Source: an uncultured Clostridia bacterium (lineage in GTDB: Bacteria > Bacillota > Clostridia > Christensenellales > UBA1242). Taken from it: a DNA stretch of 35,817 bases. A program made the translations under genes and the position numbers. Numbering within the stretch: the stretch's first letter is position 1; each line of letters starts with the position of its first letter. Positions 32,706 through 35,817 of this stretch are shown piece by piece. Location: positions 1 through 35,817 of the forward strand of contig CAKVMF010000001.1 in the NCBI GenBank assembly GCA_934771675.1. Direction: 5' to 3'. Under the pieces are notes generated by a model. That model was not told the origin of the DNA and did not search any database. It saw only the letters and a program-made list of their open reading frames with translations.

Positions 32706-32730
32706 CATAGGTGATTGCCTGTGTTTTTTT
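32706..32730 (+). terminator. Terminator after the PEP-utilising gene
   Basis: catagg/cctgtg stem (one G-U pair) followed by ttttttt. Confidence 0.5.
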
Positions 32731-33017
32731 GTTCTATTTTAATTCTTTTTTTTCTAAATCATCATTGAGTTTAGCGGCGGAGCATTTTTTGCTGTCTTTT
32801 GAGCCTAAAAATAACAAACTGGTCAGTTTGTTTTCATCAGCTTGCAAGATGATTTCTCCGAGCGGAGAAACGTAAGTCGTTTGAAATTTTATAATTCACC
32901 TTAAAACTTATTTGCAATGTCATTATAACACAAAAAGATTGTAAGGCTAGAAATGTAAAAACAATTTTGAAAATCAAAAAAAATATGATAACATAAGAAT
33001 AACAAAAGGAGTTTATT

Positions 33018-33731
33018 ATGAAATTAAAAAAGATTTTTACAGCAATTGCAATTGTTTTATGCATAATTTTTCCAGCTACGATTTTAACTGCTTGTGGAAA
33101 AAATGAACAAGATACTGTTTGGGGAAAAGATTTTAAATATCAAGGTCAAATCTCACAAAATTTATATGGCCATGGTGGAAAAAATGGGTCAAAGTATATT
33201 GATCTTTTGAAATCAGAATTTGTTAAAGGAAATTTGGATTTAGCAAATTCAACCATAAATGGAATTAAGGTTGATATGTCAAATGCAAGTGCGTTGTCTT
33301 TTGAAAATTTTGTTGAGATGCTCGAATCAAAAGCAAAGGAATATTTTGATACTAACTATGCTGGAAAAGTTTATGTTAAGGTTGGTTCAAAAGAAGAAAG
33401 TGTTGTTACAATAAATCAAGAAACATACAAGATTTCTCTTGGTGCAAATGGCGCAATAAGTATATTGGATACAAAAAATGAAAATCTTAAAATTGGTTCA
33501 ATAAATGAATATTTGCTTACAAATGTAAACGGCACAGAAGTTGATAATTGCCTTGGAATATCTTTTGATAAATTTAGTTATAACAACAATTCAGATCTCT
33601 CAATAAGCATTCCAACACATGAAATTGTTGATGATGAGTCGGCTGGGAAAAACATTGACGCAGATGGAACTACGGTTTTATCAACATGTATAAATCTTCA
33701 ATATTTTGCATTATTGAGTGAAGTTAAATAA
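33018..33731 (+). CDS. Lipoprotein of unknown function
   Basis: MKLKKIFTAIAIVLCIIFPATILTAC-GKNEQ is a signal peptide with an L-T-A-C lipobox. AAGGAG RBS. Confidence 0.8.
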   Translation: MKLKKIFTAIAIVLCIIFPATILTACGKNEQDTVWGKDFKYQGQISQNLYGHGGKNGSKYIDLLKSEFVKGNLDLANSTINGIKVDMSNASALSFENFVEMLESKAKEYFDTNYAGKVYVKVGSKEESVVTINQETYKISLGANGAISILDTKNENLKIGSINEYLLTNVNGTEVDNCLGISFDKFSYNNNSDLSISIPTHEIVDDESAGKNIDADGTTVLSTCINLQYFALLSEVK

Positions 33732-33750
33732 TCCATAAAAATTTGGCACA

Positions 33751-33783
33751 AAAAAAAGACTTGAAAATTTCAAGTCTTTTTTT
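33751..33783. terminator. Bidirectional terminator between convergent genes
   Basis: gacttgaaa/tttcaagtc perfect hairpin flanked by A7 and T7. Confidence 0.7.
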
Positions 33784-33799
33784 GTTGTTTTTAATCTTC

Positions 33800-34387
33800 T
33801 TATTGTTGTTTTTCAAGATCTTTTTGATAATCCTCAACGATTTTGATCAAGTTATTGTATTGTTCAAGATGTTTTGGATATTGCAAATTTGAACTCATGA
33901 AATTTGCAATTTCACGCATTGCTTCGTTTGCAGCTCCTGAAGCATGAATGCCATTTTCATTTTTTGAATATGGTTTGTTCATGCGGCGAAAGAGCTCATT
34001 TCTCATTGTTCCTGATTCTGGATTTCCTGTTGCACCACAATTTGATTTTACAAGTGGAATTGTGTCTACATTTTTGTCAATGCTTTCACAAACAAAACCA
34101 AAAATTGGTCCACGAGTTAAATATTCTTCAAGTTCTGGATAGAATTTTGCTTCGCCTTTAAGATATTTGTCATAAATTTCCTTGTAGTGGATTTGCACAT
34201 TTTTTGGTAAATAGATTGCTGGTCCGCAATAAACGACCCTAACATTTTTGTCGTTCAAGATTTCCATGATGACATTGGTTGTGAGTTCGTTGACTGAACC
34301 TGGCTTTTCAGCAACAAATGAAAGCAATGCATTATTTTTCCCAGCCAAACAATCTTCGATATACTTTATATCTTCTTTAGTGTTCAT
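33800..34387 (-). CDS. Divergent nucleoside-diphosphate-kinase-like protein
   Basis: The ATG at 34387 follows AAAGGAGAAA. GATGNPESGTMRNELF and NGIHASGAANEAMREIANF align with the NDK blocks GATNP..A.PGTIRGDF and N.VHGSDS.ESA.REI. The N-terminal 50 codons of the track ORF lie upstream of the RBS and were dropped. Confidence 0.55.
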   Translation of the reverse strand: MNTKEDIKYIEDCLAGKNNALLSFVAEKPGSVNELTTNVIMEILNDKNVRVVYCGPAIYLPKNVQIHYKEIYDKYLKGEAKFYPELEEYLTRGPIFGFVCESIDKNVDTIPLVKSNCGATGNPESGTMRNELFRRMNKPYSKNENGIHASGAANEAMREIANFMSSNLQYPKHLEQYNNLIKIVEDYQKDLEKQQ

Positions 34388-34609
34388 AAGTTTCTCCTTT
34401 TTGATGTTTTTATTATCACATAGTAATGGTGATTTTGTCAATATTTGTTTTTCAAAAACGGATGTTTTTTGCAAGATAACAAATTTTCGGCTTTCAAAAT
34501 ATAATATAAAAGTTATTTGTGGTAGCAAGTTTTTCAAAATTTTTCAAAAATTAGGTGGCTAAAACTTATTTTTTGCTAGGCAGATAACATGATATTTTTG
34601 GAGATAAAA

Positions 34610-35254
34610 ATGGAAAAACAAGTTGATGAAACAAACAATCAAACATCGAAAAACCAAGGTCAGTTTGAAAATGATGTTCAAATTGAGTCCGGTGCAAAAA
34701 TTTATCCAAATGTTTATTTTATTGGAAAATGCAAGGTGGGTAGTGGCACAAAAATCTATCCATTTTCAACGATTGAAAATTCAGAAATTGGAAAGGACTG
34801 CGAAATAAAAAGCAGCCACATTGAAAATTCTGTGATTGGAAACAATGTTAAAATTGGGCCGTTTGCACATCTTCGCCCAAACTCAAAAATTGGTGATGAT
34901 TGCAAACTTGGAAACTTTGTTGAAGTGAAAAACAGCAATTTAAAAAGGGGAACAAAGGCTGCACACTTATCATATATTGGTGACGCTGAAATTGGTGAAA
35001 ATTGCAATATTGGTTGTGGGGTAATCTTTGCAAATTATAATGGCAAAACAAAAAGCAAAATCATTGTTGAAGACAGCTGCTTTATTGGTAGCAACTCAAA
35101 TCTGATTGCTCCAGTTGTGGTCAAAAGTCACACTTATATTTGTGCGGGAACAACGCTCACAAAAAGCACGCAGCCTTATGATTTTGTTATTGGAAGATCA
35201 AGAGAAATTATCAAGCCGCTTCGAAGTCAAAACTATCTAAAAGGAGAAAACTAA
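34610..35254 (+). CDS. Left-handed beta-helix acetyltransferase equivalent to the C-terminal (GlcN-1-P acetyltransferase) domain of GlmU, lacking the uridylyltransferase domain
   Basis: IGPFAHLRPNSKIGDDCKLGNFVEVKNSNLKRGTKAAHLSYIGDAEIGENCNIGCGVIFANYNGKTKSKIIVEDSCFIGSNSNLIAPVVV matches the GlmU C-terminal consensus closely. Only ~30 low-complexity residues precede it. The start is 34610 or 34589. Confidence 0.75.
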   Translation: MEKQVDETNNQTSKNQGQFENDVQIESGAKIYPNVYFIGKCKVGSGTKIYPFSTIENSEIGKDCEIKSSHIENSVIGNNVKIGPFAHLRPNSKIGDDCKLGNFVEVKNSNLKRGTKAAHLSYIGDAEIGENCNIGCGVIFANYNGKTKSKIIVEDSCFIGSNSNLIAPVVVKSHTYICAGTTLTKSTQPYDFVIGRSREIIKPLRSQNYLKGEN

Positions 35255-35817
35255 TGGGTATATTTTTTGGAACGGATGGACTTCGTGGAAGGGTTAATGA
35301 TGAACTTTCGGTTAATGTTGCTTACAAGTGCGGTAATGCACTGGCAGGGAAACATCAAAAAGCAAAAATTTTAATTGGTCGTGACACCAGACTTTCTGGT
35401 TCACTTTTTTCGATTGCGTTTGCAAGCGGTGCGGTTAATGCGGGCGCAAGTGTGATTGACGTTGGAGTCTGTCCAACGGCTGGTATAAGCTTTTTGACAA
35501 AGAAACTGGGGTTTGATTTTGGTGTGGTGATAAGTGCGTCGCACAACCCTGCAGAGTTTAATGGAATAAAGATTTTAAATGGCGAGGGTGAAAAAATCGG
35601 CAGTGAAAAAGAAGAAGAGTTAGAGCGTAGTTTTTTGAGAGAGTATGTGAAGCCAAACGCAGAGCTTGGTAGTTACAGTTTTAACACACAACTTGTCAAA
35701 AAATATAGCGAGTTTTTGCAAAACAGCATAAGCCATTCGCTTGAAAAATTAACAATTGTTTTGGACTGTGCAAATGGTGCTGCTTTCAAGATTGCACCAG
35801 CGGTTTTTAGAAAATGC
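35254..35817 (+). CDS. glmM: Phosphoglucosamine mutase (N-terminal 188 codons; continues past the window)
   Basis: MGIFFGTDGLRGRVNDEL..., GRDTRLSG and the active-site GVVISASHNPAEFNGIK. The start overlaps the upstream stop as TAATG and follows AAGGAG. The frame is open to 35817. Confidence 0.9.
   Translation, partial: MGIFFGTDGLRGRVNDELSVNVAYKCGNALAGKHQKAKILIGRDTRLSGSLFSIAFASGAVNAGASVIDVGVCPTAGISFLTKKLGFDFGVVISASHNPAEFNGIKILNGEGEKIGSEKEEELERSFLREYVKPNAELGSYSFNTQLVKKYSEFLQNSISHSLEKLTIVLDCANGAAFKIAPAVFRKC

Noticed and set aside
32734-32892. Minus-strand frame reading IIKFQTTYVSPLGEIILQADENKLTSLLFLGSKDSKKCSAAKLNDDLEKKELK, reminiscent of the N-terminal domain of Ogt/MGMT methyltransferases
   Set aside because: There is no ATG/GTG/TTG start in frame, it is only ~55 codons, and the diagnostic PCHRV active-site region is absent. 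The N-terminal domain is too weakly conserved to call by eye. It may be a gene remnant, but that is not supportable.
23193-35817. Search for a third copy of the tRNA-Thr att core to close the second island
   Set aside because: I saw no match to ggtcacgggtccgattcccgtcaccagctcca, or an obvious fragment of it. The right border of the second segment is therefore inferred from composition only.
1-35817. CRISPR arrays, rRNA genes, transposases/IS elements, reverse transcriptases (retron/DGR/group II intron)
   Set aside because: I saw no regularly spaced direct repeats, no rRNA-like sequence, no DDE/HUH transposase, and no RT motifs (YxDD) in any sizeable ORF.

Overview
This is a low-GC, Firmicutes/Mollicutes-like chromosomal window that uses the standard genetic code and has AGGAGG-type RBSs. 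All functional calls below come from motif recognition by eye; no database search or structure prediction was run.

**Left core (1 to ~12.6 kb):** a partial lysR, a thyX-like/folD operon, a divergent XRE pair, an ABC-F ATPase, degV, tex, a YfcE-like phosphodiesterase, a small FTR-like Cys protein and a nadE-nadD-pncC NAD cluster. It ends at tRNA-Thr(GGU).

**Island 1 (~10.5 kb, AT-rich):** the 3' 48 bp of the tRNA locus (12676-12723) recur perfectly at 23145-23192 and bound an integrated island. It carries:
- a tyrosine integrase;
- a C5-methyltransferase plus PD-(D/E)xK endonuclease (type II R-M);
- a YpsA/DUF1273-like SLOG protein;
- an 881-aa HNH + P-loop NTPase + helical-repeat protein, my best candidate for an undescribed defence gene or system;
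- a decayed metallophosphoesterase;
- an AbiEi/AbiEii pair with palindromic operators;
- an orphan Pol-beta-fold nucleotidyltransferase.

**Island 2 (~6 kb, AT-rich, no integrase):** it starts directly after attR, and its att-proximal flank is homologous to that of island 1. It carries a KTSC + Zn-ribbon/coiled-coil/PD-ExK (DUF2130/RmuC-like) pair. It also carries a 1286-aa UvrD-like helicase with an inserted nuclease-like module, two topoisomerase-type Zn ribbons and HRDC/winged-helix modules.

**Right core:** hypothetical proteins, a PEP-utilising phosphotransferase, a lipoprotein, an NDK-like protein, a stand-alone GlmU acetyltransferase domain and a partial glmM.

I saw no CRISPR array, rRNA or transposase.
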